57,048 bases of DNA from an uncultured Phycisphaerales bacterium (GTDB lineage Bacteria > Planctomycetota > Phycisphaerae > Phycisphaerales > SM1A02). Below are positions 30,261 through 41,389 of this stretch, one piece after another. The translations under genes and the position numbers were made by a program. The stretch is taken from contig CALKEP010000049.1 of the NCBI GenBank assembly GCA_938084645.1, forward strand, positions 1 through 57,048, given 5' to 3'. The first letter of the stretch is position 1. Every line of letters starts with the position of its first letter. Below the pieces are notes generated by a model, which saw nothing but the letters and a program-made list of their open reading frames with translations, searched no databases and had not been told where the DNA came from.

Positions 30261-32990
30261 TCAGCCGGTGCTCTGCATCGCCGCCGCGAGCGCATTGACG
30301 CCGAGCAGGACGACGTTCTTCATCTCGACCTCGTCGTCGAACGCACCTTCACGGACCCGTCGAAGAAGTTCGACCTGCAACGCGTTGATCAGGTCGGTGT
30401 CGGGATTCCGCTCCCGGATCGATTCCCGGATCACCGGATTGTTGTCGAGCAGACCATCCTGCCCCGTGATCTCGAGCACCGCCCGCTCCGCTCGATCGAA
30501 CTCCTCGACGATCCTCGGATGGAGCCCGTCCTCGGTTCCGAGGTACCAGCCGCCGACCATCAGTCGGGCCCGGGCCATCTCCTGCTGGGCATTGTCGATG
30601 AATGCGCGGAAGTGTCCGCCCGCGCGGTACGCCGAACGACAGGCGTCGAGATTCGACGGGTCCCCGAGCACCAGACGCTCGAACGCCGTTCCGATCCCGT
30701 ACCAGCCCGGCACGTTGCAGCGCATCTGGGTCCAGGCGAACACCCAGGGGATCGCGCGGAGATTCTCGAAGTGGAGTCCACCCCCGGACCGGGAGACCGG
30801 GCGGGAGGCGATCGGGAGTTCACCGATGAAGCGGACCGGCGAGCGGTCCTCGAAGACCGGCCAGAATCCGGGCTCGTCGATGAGGTCGCGATAGGACTCC
30901 CGGGAGATCTTCGCGAGTTCGTCCATCATGCCGTCGGCGGCGTCGACCGCGTCGACGGAGGCTTCGTCCGCGGTTCCCGCGCATCCCGAGGAGGCGAGGA
31001 GCATCGCGTTCGCGATCTGCTCGAGATGACGGTTGGCGAGGGCCGGCATCGCATACCGGAAGGAGATGACCTCACCCTGTTCGGTGAATCGAATCCGCCC
31101 GTTCCGACTTGCGACCGGGCTGGAGAGAATCGCGCGGTGGGCCCGGCCCCCGCCTCGCGCGACGGTGCCGCCCCGGCCGTGGAAGAACCGGAACTCGACG
31201 CCGGCGTTCCGACAGGTGCGGGCGAGTTCGTCCTGTGCCACCTGGAGCCGCCAGTTCGCGGCCCAGTAGCCGCCGTCCTTGTTGCTGTCGGAGTAGCCGA
31301 GCATGATCTCCTGGAACCGACCTCGGGCTTCAAGCTGCCCGACGTACGCCGGATCCTCGAACATCCCCTCCAGCACCGCCTTCGCCCCCGCGAGGTCGTC
31401 CACCGTCTCGAAGAGCGGCGCCACGTCGATGGGACAGGTCACTCCATGTTCGTCACGATGCCAGAGGCCGACCTCCCGAAGCAGCACCAGCACCTCGTAG
31501 AGATCGCTGGCCGCATGGGCCATGCTCACGATGTAGCTGCCGATCGCCGCGGGCTCGCGATCGACGACCTGCTTGACCACCGCGAGGGTGTCGAGCATCT
31601 CCCGGGTCTCCGCTGCCACCGCCGCGTCGCGGGCGAGCAGCGGACGACTGGTCGCCAGTTCCTTTCGGAGGACGGCGGCCTTGCCGGTCTCGTCGAGCGC
31701 CGCGTAATCGTCCTCGACGCCGGCGAGTCGAAGCAGGTCCGCGACCGCCGCCTCGTGGATCCGACTGTGCTGCCGGAGGTCGAGTCCCGCGAGATGGAAT
31801 CCGAAGGTGCGGACCTGCACGAGCGCATCGGCGAGGGTGCCTCCATCGGCCACCTCCGCGAGCCCCGCTTCGTGCAGGGCCCGGTGCAGGATCTCGAAAT
31901 CCTCGAGGAGATCCCGGGCGGCGTAGGCCTCCCCGGAATCCGACATCGCGGCCCGCAGCCGTCGCTCGATCTGCCGGAGTCGACGCCGGAACGGCTCGTG
32001 CTCGAGGTAGGCGGCGTCGGCGTCGGTCTCGCCGAACCGGCCCGCGTCGCGGTCGATCGCGTCCCGAAGTTCGGTGGCGATCGGCACCCGGCGGTCGGAG
32101 ACGCTCAGGTCCCGATGGAGGATCTCGAGGTTGGCGAGATGGCCCTCGATGGCCGCGGTCCTCATCGCTCGAAGCGTCGATTCCGTCACGGCCGCGGTGA
32201 CGTTCGGATTGCCATCGCGATCACCGCCGATCCACGACCGGTAGCGAAGAAACGCGGGAAGCGCGTCGGGTCTGGTCCCGTAGTGCCGCTCGATCGCATC
32301 GAGCAGATCCCGATGCACCACCGGTACCGCCTCGCGGATGACACCGGCGAGGTGGTGGATGCCCGTCCGCACCTCGTCCACCACTTCCGGCCGACTCGAT
32401 CGGATCTCGTCGGTCGCCAGCGTCACCGCGAGCGCGCGGCGGACTCCGGCGGCCGCCCGCGAGATCTGCTGCTCGCCGGCGTCCTCGGCATCGACGACGC
32501 CGAGCAACTCGGCGATCCGCGCCTGCTTCTGAATGATCGTCCGCCGTCGCGACTCGGTGGGGTGCGCGGTCAGGGTGGGCTGGATGTCCAGCCGGCCGAT
32601 CGTCTCGAGCGTCGCGTCGAGATCGAACCCCGCGGCGTGCAGGACGCCGATGGCCTCCGCCAGCGACTCCGGCCGCGGCGATTCGAGGGTCGCATGACGT
32701 TCCCGACGGCGATTCACCCGGACGATGTGGACCTGCTCCGCCTTGTTCCTCAGATGGAACGCGGTCCCCAGGCGCTTCAACATCGCGCGGATCGAGGCCA
32801 GATCGAATTCGGACAGTGCCCCGTCGGAGGCTCCCGTGTCCCGCATCCGGTCGACGATGTCCCGCAGTCGATCGACATCCCTGCGGGCGGTGCCGTCCTG
32901 GATCTCGTCGAGCCGGGCGCGAAGCCAGTGGATGTCCCGCTGGAGCGGGGAGAGGTCGCCTTCGATCTTCGTGGTCGGAATGGTCGTCAT
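30261..32990 (-). CDS. ppc: Phosphoenolpyruvate carboxylase
   Basis: TAHPTE, SWIGGDRDGNPNVT, QEIMLGYSDSNKDGG, FHGRGGTVARGGG, TEQGE, LRAIPWVFAWTQ. Confidence 0.97.
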   Translation of the reverse strand: MTTIPTTKIEGDLSPLQRDIHWLRARLDEIQDGTARRDVDRLRDIVDRMRDTGASDGALSEFDLASIRAMLKRLGTAFHLRNKAEQVHIVRVNRRRERHATLESPRPESLAEAIGVLHAAGFDLDATLETIGRLDIQPTLTAHPTESRRRTIIQKQARIAELLGVVDAEDAGEQQISRAAAGVRRALAVTLATDEIRSSRPEVVDEVRTGIHHLAGVIREAVPVVHRDLLDAIERHYGTRPDALPAFLRYRSWIGGDRDGNPNVTAAVTESTLRAMRTAAIEGHLANLEILHRDLSVSDRRVPIATELRDAIDRDAGRFGETDADAAYLEHEPFRRRLRQIERRLRAAMSDSGEAYAARDLLEDFEILHRALHEAGLAEVADGGTLADALVQVRTFGFHLAGLDLRQHSRIHEAAVADLLRLAGVEDDYAALDETGKAAVLRKELATSRPLLARDAAVAAETREMLDTLAVVKQVVDREPAAIGSYIVSMAHAASDLYEVLVLLREVGLWHRDEHGVTCPIDVAPLFETVDDLAGAKAVLEGMFEDPAYVGQLEARGRFQEIMLGYSDSNKDGGYWAANWRLQVAQDELARTCRNAGVEFRFFHGRGGTVARGGGRAHRAILSSPVASRNGRIRFTEQGEVISFRYAMPALANRHLEQIANAMLLASSGCAGTADEASVDAVDAADGMMDELAKISRESYRDLIDEPGFWPVFEDRSPVRFIGELPIASRPVSRSGGGLHFENLRAIPWVFAWTQMRCNVPGWYGIGTAFERLVLGDPSNLDACRSAYRAGGHFRAFIDNAQQEMARARLMVGGWYLGTEDGLHPRIVEEFDRAERAVLEITGQDGLLDNNPVIRESIRERNPDTDLINALQVELLRRVREGAFDDEVEMKNVVLLGVNALAAAMQSTG

Positions 32991-32996
32991 CGCGGC

Positions 32997-33002
32997 ATTT
33001 TA
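32997..33002 (-). promoter_or_regulatory. -10 box TAAAAT, 6 nt before the ppc ATG
   Basis: Minus strand reads TAAAAT-GCCGCG-ATG; no SD. Confidence 0.65.
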
Positions 33003-33100
33003 CGCCGACCGGGCGATCACCGCCCCGAGCCCTCGAATCCGGAGCGGCGTTCGAGCGATCAGCGCTCCGAAATCGTGCCGGTCGCGTCGCCGCCCTCCGG

Positions 33101-33106
33101 TAGGAT
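33101..33106 (+). promoter_or_regulatory. -10 box TAGGAT, 6 nt before the preA ATG
   Basis: TAGGAT-GTTCCC-ATG. Confidence 0.6.
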
Positions 33107-33112
33107 GTTCCC

Positions 33113-34378
33113 ATGGCAGATCTCAGCGTCGACGTGAACGGGCTCCGACTTCCGAACCCCTTCGTGATCGGATCCGGCCCCCCCGGAACCAACGCGAGCG
33201 TCATCCGAAAGGCCTTCGAAGAAGGCTGGGGCGCGGTGATCGCCAAGACGATCTCGCTTGATGCGTCCAAGGTCACGAACGTCGCCCCAAGGTACGCCCG
33301 GATGCGGGCGACGGACTCCCGCGAGGTCATCGGCTGGCAGAACATCGAACTCATCTCGGACCGCGGCTTCGACATCTGGCTCGATGAGTTCAAGGAGGTC
33401 AAGGACGCCCATCCCGAAGGCGTGCTCATCGCCTCGATCATGGAGGAGTACCGCAAGGACGCCTGGCAGGAGATCGTCGAGCGATGCCAGGACGCCGGCG
33501 TCGACGCCTTCGAATTGAACTTCTCCTGCCCCCACGGCCTTCCCGAACGCCGGATGGGCGCCGCGATGGGGCAGGATCCCGACCTGCTCGAAGAGGTGTG
33601 CGGCTGGGTGAACGAGGTCGCGACGATTCCCGTCTGGGCGAAGATGACCCCGAACATCACCCACATCGAGGCGCCGGCGGACGCCGCGCTTCGCGCCGGA
33701 TGCGAAGGCGTGGCGGCGATCAACACCATTCTCAGCGTGATGGGCGTCGACCTCGACACCCTCCGTCCGGAGCCTTCGGTCGAAGGCTGGTCGGTCCCCG
33801 GCGGCTACAGCTGCAAGGCCGTGCGCCCGATCGCCCTCCGGATGGTCATGGAACTCGCGACCATGATGTTCGGCGGCAATTCGGGCCAGCGGATTCCCGC
33901 CGGCCTCGAATCCGTGCCGACCCCGAACCCCAAGAAGCCGAAGGACATCAAGGCCGGCGACATCAAGACCATCCCGATCTCCGAGTTCGAGCGGCCGGGC
34001 CGATACGCCGACCGTTCGATCAGCGCGATCGGGGGTGTGGAGACCGGACGCGATGCCGCCCAGTTCATCCTGCTCGGTGCCCAGACCGTCCAGGTCTGCA
34101 CCGGCGTGATGATCCACGGCTACGGTCTCGCGAAGACGCTCTGCGGGGAGCTCGCCGAATTCATGGATCGACACGGCTTCGAAAGCATCGAGGATTTCAG
34201 GGGTCACAGCCTGAACTTCTTCACCACCCATGCGGAACTGGTCCGACGCCAGTCCGAGATCAAGGCCGCGGAGAAGGCCGCCCGCGACGGGATGGTGACT
34301 CAGGACACCAACTGGGACGGCGACCGCTTCGTCGAGCAGTCCAACAAGCTGGTCGCCAACGACAACGACGACGATTGA
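33113..34378 (+). CDS. preA: Dihydropyrimidine dehydrogenase FMN catalytic subunit (PreA/PYD1 type, without 4Fe-4S tail)
   Basis: NPFVIGSGPPGTN, GWQNIELISDR, catalytic ELNFSCPHG, VWAKMTPN, AINT, VQVCTG; no CxxCxxCxxxC motif. Confidence 0.92.
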   Translation: MADLSVDVNGLRLPNPFVIGSGPPGTNASVIRKAFEEGWGAVIAKTISLDASKVTNVAPRYARMRATDSREVIGWQNIELISDRGFDIWLDEFKEVKDAHPEGVLIASIMEEYRKDAWQEIVERCQDAGVDAFELNFSCPHGLPERRMGAAMGQDPDLLEEVCGWVNEVATIPVWAKMTPNITHIEAPADAALRAGCEGVAAINTILSVMGVDLDTLRPEPSVEGWSVPGGYSCKAVRPIALRMVMELATMMFGGNSGQRIPAGLESVPTPNPKKPKDIKAGDIKTIPISEFERPGRYADRSISAIGGVETGRDAAQFILLGAQTVQVCTGVMIHGYGLAKTLCGELAEFMDRHGFESIEDFRGHSLNFFTTHAELVRRQSEIKAAEKAARDGMVTQDTNWDGDRFVEQSNKLVANDNDDD

Positions 34379-34393
34379 AGACCCGCCCCGGGG

Positions 34394-35785
34394 TCAGTGG
34401 CTCGGCGTTCTCGGCAGGTAGCGCCCGCCCCCGGCTTCGCCGACGAACCGCCCCGCTCGCACCACGGTGCGTCCGCGAAGGATCACGGTCTCGGAACGCC
34501 CCTTCCGCCGCATGCCCTGGTAGCCCGAGTAGTCGGTCTTCGAAAGACTGTCCGCAACGTCGAAGGTGCCTTCGAAGGACGGGTCGTAGATGACGAGATC
34601 CGCGTCCGAACCCACCGCGATCACCCCCTTGCGGGGATGAAGCCCGAAGATCTTCGCGGCCTGGGTGCTGCAGGCGTCGACCATCGTCTGCAGGTCGATC
34701 CGCCCGGCGTCGACCCCGTGGGTGTGGACGAGGTCGACCCGTTCCTGGATCGAGGGGATTCCGTTGGGGATCGCCGTGAACGCATCGCGACCCATGGTCT
34801 TCTGATCGCCGAAGTTGAACGGCGCGTGGTCGGTGCCGATGGTCGAGATCGATCGATCCGCGATTCCCCGCCAGAGCGGCTCGTGCTCCCGCGCATCTCG
34901 GAGCGGTGGACTCATGACGTATTTCGCGCCCTCGAAACCGGGCCGTTCCGCGCAGGTGTGGTCGAGCACCAGATGTGGGATCACCGACTCCACCCGGACG
35001 TCGACGCCTCGGTTCCGGGCGGCGATCGCCTGGTCGAGCGCCGCTTCGCACGAGGTGTGCACGATGTAGACGTGGGCACCGGTCAGCTCCGCGAAGGTGC
35101 AGAGATGATTGACCCCGGAAGCCTCGACCGACCGCGGCCGGGAAGGCTCGTGCCACTCGGGTCCGGTCCGCCCCTCCGCGAGCAATCGGCGCTGCATGGC
35201 GTCGATCGCTTCCGCGTTCTCGCAATGGGCGGTCACGATGACCCCGAGCTCCCGCGCGAGCTCGAGCAGCGGAATCAGATTCGAATCCGCGATGTCCAGC
35301 GCCCCCTTGTAGGCGAGGAAGATCTTGAAGGACGCCACCCCGTGCTCCGCGACCAGCTCCCGGATCTGCCGGTCCGCCAGCGCGTCGAAGCGGACCACCG
35401 AGAGGTGGAAGCTGTAGTCGCAGTTGGCGCCGTCTTCCGCGAGCCCCTTCCAGGTCTCGAACGCGGTCCTTGGTTCGTCATCGGGGCCGGGACAGATCAT
35501 CTCGATGATCGTGGTCGTCCCGCCGACCAGCGCGGCCCGGGTGGCGGAATCGTGATCGTCGATCGCGTTGGTGCCCATGAAGGGCAGATGGATGTGCACG
35601 TGGGGATCGATGAACCCGGGGAAGACCAGACGGTCCGTGGCGTCGATGACCTCGGTTCCCTCGGGGAGTTCCGCGGGATCGATGGCCGCCTCGATCCGGG
35701 TGATCGTCTCGTCCTCGACGAAGACGTCGGCCCGACGCTGCGAATCGGCGTTGACCACGAGACCGTTCTTGACGAGGAGTGGCAT
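34394..35785 (-). CDS. hydA: Dihydropyrimidinase
   Basis: PGFIDPHVH, SFKIFLAYKG, HCENA, YIVHTS, YVMSPPLR, GTDHAPF, IPNGIP. Confidence 0.94.
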   Translation of the reverse strand: MPLLVKNGLVVNADSQRRADVFVEDETITRIEAAIDPAELPEGTEVIDATDRLVFPGFIDPHVHIHLPFMGTNAIDDHDSATRAALVGGTTTIIEMICPGPDDEPRTAFETWKGLAEDGANCDYSFHLSVVRFDALADRQIRELVAEHGVASFKIFLAYKGALDIADSNLIPLLELARELGVIVTAHCENAEAIDAMQRRLLAEGRTGPEWHEPSRPRSVEASGVNHLCTFAELTGAHVYIVHTSCEAALDQAIAARNRGVDVRVESVIPHLVLDHTCAERPGFEGAKYVMSPPLRDAREHEPLWRGIADRSISTIGTDHAPFNFGDQKTMGRDAFTAIPNGIPSIQERVDLVHTHGVDAGRIDLQTMVDACSTQAAKIFGLHPRKGVIAVGSDADLVIYDPSFEGTFDVADSLSKTDYSGYQGMRRKGRSETVILRGRTVVRAGRFVGEAGGGRYLPRTPSH

Positions 35786-35789
35786 GGGT

Positions 35790-37140
35790 TCAGTCGACCT
35801 CCGAGAGACAGCGATCGAGCACCTCGATCGCGAAGTCGCAGTCGGCCCGGGTGATGCACATGGGGGGCTTGATGCGAAGCACGTTGCCCTTCAGTCCACC
35901 CTTGCCGAGCAGAAGACCGAATTCCTTCGCCCGCTCGTGGACCTGCGCCGTCGCGGGCCCGTTGGGCGCCATCGACTTCGAGTCCGTCACCAGTTCCAGG
36001 CCGAGCATCAACCCCTGGCCCCGGGCGTCCCCGACGATGTCGTGGCTCGAGACCAGGTGCTTCAATCCGTCGAGCAGATGGCCGCCGATCTCGTGGCATC
36101 GCGACTGAAGATCCTCTTCGAGCATCACGTCGAGCGTGGCGAGCCCCGCGGCCATGGAGACCGGATTGCCACCGTAGGTGTTGAAGTGCAGGCGATTCGC
36201 CATGCTTCCCGCCACCTCGGCCCTCGCCACGCACGCCCCCAGCGGCGCTCCGTTGCCGATGCCCTTGGCCATGGTCACGATGTCGGGTGTGACGCCGTGA
36301 TTCTCGAAACCCCAGAAGTTCGTCCCGGTCCGACCGAAACCCGTCTGGACCTCGTCGGAGATGCAGACCCCGCCGGCGGCCCGCACCGCCTCGTAGACCT
36401 TCGGGAGGTACCCCGGTGGAATCTCGACGGTCCCCCCCACGCCCTGGATCGGTTCCGCGATGAAGCCCGCGATCTGCCCGGAGGTCCCGTGCTGGATGAG
36501 GTCGATGACTTCGTCCGCGTACTTGGACCCGGCCTCCGGATCGTCGTAGCCGTACTGACCCCGGAGTCGGTCGGGAAGGCGGGCATGGTGCACGCCGATC
36601 CCGTGCAGGAGCGGCTGTTTCCAGGTGTGCAGCCCGGTCAGCCCCATCGCCTGGTTGGTCATCCCGTGATACCCGTTCCGCAGGGCGATCAGATCGAAGT
36701 TCCCGGTGTGCAACCGGGACATCAGCATCGCGAGTTCGTTGGCCTCGCTGCCGGAGCTCGTGAAGTAGCAGACCTCCAGACCGGAGTTCTCCGGCATGGT
36801 GGACGCGAGCTTCCGACCGAACTCCGCGATCGTCGGATGCAGGTAGATGGTCGTGGTGTGCTGCAGTCGCTCGACCTGCTCGCGGACCCGCTCGACGACC
36901 CGCGGGTGGCAGTGGCCGACCGACACCGTGACGATGCCGCCGAAGAAATCGAGATAACGCCGCCCGGTCTCGTCGAAGAGCCACTGCATCGACCCCTCCA
37001 CGATCATCACCGGATCCCGGTAGTAGGTCAGCAGCGACGGCGCGAGGAACTCGCGACGCATCGCGAGCACCTCCTCGCGGGTGGGCCCCTGGTAGGGACC
37101 GGGGCGATGGGTGGTGGACGGCATCACCGGATCGGCGTGT

Positions 37141-37151
<11 letters not shown>
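35790..37151 (-). CDS. Class III PLP aminotransferase, AGT2/PYD4-like (likely beta-alanine aminotransferase)
   Basis: YLDFFGGIVTVSVGHCHP, SGSEANELA, FIAEPIQGVGG, DEVQTGFGRTG, TMAKGIGNG, FNTYGGNP; pathway context. Confidence 0.88.
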
Positions 37152-38607
<1,456 letters not shown>

Positions 38608-38690
38608 CCGGATTCGCCTCCCGAAGGTGCGTGCGGGACGGCCGTCGGCCGTTCACCGCGGATCGAGGTCGCGGAATCTTCGAGGCCGGT

Positions 38691-39560
38691 TCACCAGGCG
38701 GCGATGCCCTCGTAGGATTCGGGCCGACGGTCACGAAAGAACTGCCAGGTGTCGCGCACCGTCTGGATCAGATCCAGGTCGAGATCCGCGATGATCACCT
38801 CGTCCTGGTCACGCGATCCCTCGACCATGATCTGGCCGCGAGGATCGCAGAAGTAGCTCTGGCCGTAGAACTCCCCGATGTTCCAGGGCGCCTCCGTGCC
38901 GACCCGGTTGATCGCCCCGACGAAGTACTGGTTGGCCACCGCGTGCGCGGGCTGCTCGAGCTTCCAGAGGTACTCGCTGAGTCCCGCCACGGTCGCCGAG
39001 GGGTTGAACACGATCTCGGCGCCGTTCAACCCGAGCTCGCGGGCCCCCTCGGGGAAGTGCCGGTCGTAGCAGATGTAGACCCCGATTCTTCCGTATCGCG
39101 TTTCGAAGACCGGATAGCCGTTGTCCCCGGGCGTGAAGTAGAACTTCTCCCAGAAGCCCGGCTGACAATGCGGGATGTGGTGCTTGCGGTACTTGCCGAG
39201 GTACTCGCCCGTTTCGTCGATGACCGCGGCGGTGTTGTAGTAGACGCCGGTCATCGCCTCCTCGTAGACGGGCACGACCATCACCATGGCGTGCTTCTTC
39301 GCGAGTTCCTGCATGAGCCGGATGGTGGGACCGTCGGGCACCGCTTCCGCGGTGCGATACCAGCGGGGATCCTGTTCGGCGCAGAAGTACGGACCGTAGA
39401 AGATCTCCTGGAGACAGCAGACGTTCGCGCCCCGTTCGGCCGCCTCCGCGATCAATCCGACGTGCTTCTCGATCATCGCCGCCTTGATCGCCTCGAGATC
39501 CGTCGAGTCCGGAAGGGCGTTCGAAGCCTGAATGAGTGCTGCGCGGGTGATTCTTGGCAT
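38691..39560 (-). CDS. Beta-ureidopropionase (nitrilase superfamily)
   Basis: CLQEIF (Glu), YRKHHIP (Lys), YICYDRHFPE (Cys), GFWEKFYF, FFRDRRP. Confidence 0.93.
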   Translation of the reverse strand: MPRITRAALIQASNALPDSTDLEAIKAAMIEKHVGLIAEAAERGANVCCLQEIFYGPYFCAEQDPRWYRTAEAVPDGPTIRLMQELAKKHAMVMVVPVYEEAMTGVYYNTAAVIDETGEYLGKYRKHHIPHCQPGFWEKFYFTPGDNGYPVFETRYGRIGVYICYDRHFPEGARELGLNGAEIVFNPSATVAGLSEYLWKLEQPAHAVANQYFVGAINRVGTEAPWNIGEFYGQSYFCDPRGQIMVEGSRDQDEVIIADLDLDLIQTVRDTWQFFRDRRPESYEGIAAW

Positions 39561-39572
39561 GGGTCCTGCTCC

Positions 39573-41060
39573 TCAGATCCAGCGACGGACCGTGACTCTC
39601 GACCTGGTGAAGAAACGGGCTCCATCCTCGCCGTTCACATGCAGGTCGCCGTAGAACGACTTCTTCCAACCGCTGAACGGGAAGGCCGCCATCGGCGCCG
39701 GGACGCCCACGTTCACGCCGAGCATGCCGGCCTGGACGGTGCGCTCGAACTTCCGGACCGCGTGGCCGGAGTCGGTGAAGATGACCGACATGTTGCCGTA
39801 CTCGGAGCGGTTGACGAATCCCACCGCCTCTTCGAGCGAGCCCGCCCGCATCACCGACAGCACCGGCCCGAAGATCTCCTCGGTGCCGACCCGCATGTCG
39901 GGCGTCACGTGGTCGAGGATCGTGGGCCCGACGAAGCAGCCGGCCGAGGGGACGTCCGCGGTGCGGCCGTCGATGAGCACCGAAGCGCCCTCCGCCTCGC
40001 CGATGCCGACGTATTCGAGGACGCGATCCCGCGATTCGAGATCCTGCATCGGACCCATGGAGGTGTCCGGACGATCTCCCGACCCGATCTTGATCCCCCT
40101 GGTCCGCTCGACCAGTGCGGGGACGAACCAGTCCGCCGAGTCGCCGACGCACACCACGACGCTTCCCGCGAGACAGCGTTGCCCGGTGTTTCCGAACGCG
40201 GATCCGAAGATCCCGTCGACCGCGGCGTCGCGATTGGCGTCCGGCATGATGATCGAGAAGTTCTTCGCCCCGCACATGCACTGGACCCGCTTGCCGTGCG
40301 CCGCACCCTTCGCGTAGATCGAGGCGCCGGCCCGCGTCGAGCCGACGAAGGACACCGCCGCGACGTCTTCATGGGCGAGGAGACGATCGACGACCGCCGG
40401 TCCCCCGTGAACGAGATTCAAGACCCCTTCCGGGAATCCGGCTTCGTGCGCCAGTTCGGTGGTTCGCACCGCGGAGATCGGATCCTTCTCGGAGGGCTTC
40501 AGCACGAAGGTGTTGCCGCACGCGACCGCCATCGGCCACATCCACATCGGGACCATGATCGGAAAGTTGAAGGGCGTGATGCCGACGCAGACGCCGAGCG
40601 GCATCCGATCCGCCGAGGAATCGAGGCCGACGCCGCCCTCGTCCTCGGTGCGGCAGAACGACGAGGAGACCGCGATCTGCGGAAGGGTCCGGCCCATCAT
40701 GAGGACGGGTGCGGCACAGGCGTGTTCGATGCAGTCGATCCCCCGTCGGACGGATCCGACCGATTCCCCCATCGTCTTGCCGTGCTCCCGGACCAGGATG
40801 CCCGCCAGTTCGTCGGCGTGATCCTCGAGGATCGTCTTGTAGCGGAAGAGGTGCTGGATCCGATCGCCCACCGGGGTCTGTGACCACGATTCGAACGCCG
40901 AGGCCGCCGCCGCCACCGCCCGATCGGCCGCGTCGACCGCGTCGAGCGGTGCGACCGAGACCGTCTTGCCGGTGGCCGGATCGATGTTCACCCGTTGCGT
41001 GGTGCCGGCGTCTTCGTGCGCCGCACCGCCGATGAGGTGATGAAGGGACTGGGTCGACAT
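39573..41060 (-). CDS. mmsA: CoA-acylating (methyl)malonate-semialdehyde dehydrogenase
   Basis: ITPFNFP, LKPSEKDP, SFVGST, GAKN, GQRCLA, EEIFGPV, GVNVGVPAP, FSGWKKSFYGD. Confidence 0.93.
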   Translation of the reverse strand: MSTQSLHHLIGGAAHEDAGTTQRVNIDPATGKTVSVAPLDAVDAADRAVAAAASAFESWSQTPVGDRIQHLFRYKTILEDHADELAGILVREHGKTMGESVGSVRRGIDCIEHACAAPVLMMGRTLPQIAVSSSFCRTEDEGGVGLDSSADRMPLGVCVGITPFNFPIMVPMWMWPMAVACGNTFVLKPSEKDPISAVRTTELAHEAGFPEGVLNLVHGGPAVVDRLLAHEDVAAVSFVGSTRAGASIYAKGAAHGKRVQCMCGAKNFSIIMPDANRDAAVDGIFGSAFGNTGQRCLAGSVVVCVGDSADWFVPALVERTRGIKIGSGDRPDTSMGPMQDLESRDRVLEYVGIGEAEGASVLIDGRTADVPSAGCFVGPTILDHVTPDMRVGTEEIFGPVLSVMRAGSLEEAVGFVNRSEYGNMSVIFTDSGHAVRKFERTVQAGMLGVNVGVPAPMAAFPFSGWKKSFYGDLHVNGEDGARFFTRSRVTVRRWI

Positions 41061-41117
41061 GGGGGAACTCCGTTCCGGGCTCGAGGATCGGGATCGGCGG
41101 GCATCGCCTCGGAAGCG

Positions 41118-41342
41118 TCAGCCTCCCTGAGGACGATGCATCTTCGGACCGGTGACGGCCTTCCGCGGCCCCCCCTTGCCGGCGTCGCCGCCGAACTGAC
41201 GGTCGTTCGCCTGACGTTCGAGCCGTTCCGCCCGCTCGTCCGGCCCCTCTTCGCGACGACTCGCCTCCTTGGCGAGGGTGATCTTCTTCTTCTTGAGGGC
41301 ACGAGCCTTCTTCTGCTTTTCGAGTTGCTTTCGGGTGGCCAT
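41118..41342 (-). CDS. Small Lys/Arg-rich hypothetical protein (74 aa)
   Basis: GGAG RBS; AAG-rich, genome-typical codons; fills the chaA-mmsA gap on the same strand. Confidence 0.65.
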   Translation of the reverse strand: MATRKQLEKQKKARALKKKKITLAKEASRREEGPDERAERLERQANDRQFGGDAGKGGPRKAVTGPKMHRPQGG

Positions 41343-41389
41343 GCGGCGCTCCGGATCAGGGTGTCGAGGAATCGGTCACGAATGCGATC

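Noticed and set aside
28722..33137. 1471-aa plus-strand ORF
   Set aside because: Antisense to ppc and the glycoside hydrolase gene; no recognisable domain.
38631..40883. 750-aa plus-strand ORF
   Set aside because: Antisense to the well-supported ureidopropionase and mmsA genes.
41118..41342. Pup/UBact or ThiS/MoaD assignment for the GG-ending small protein
   Set aside because: Basic rather than acidic, lacks the terminal E/Q and the beta-grasp pattern, and no ligase or proteasome genes are nearby.
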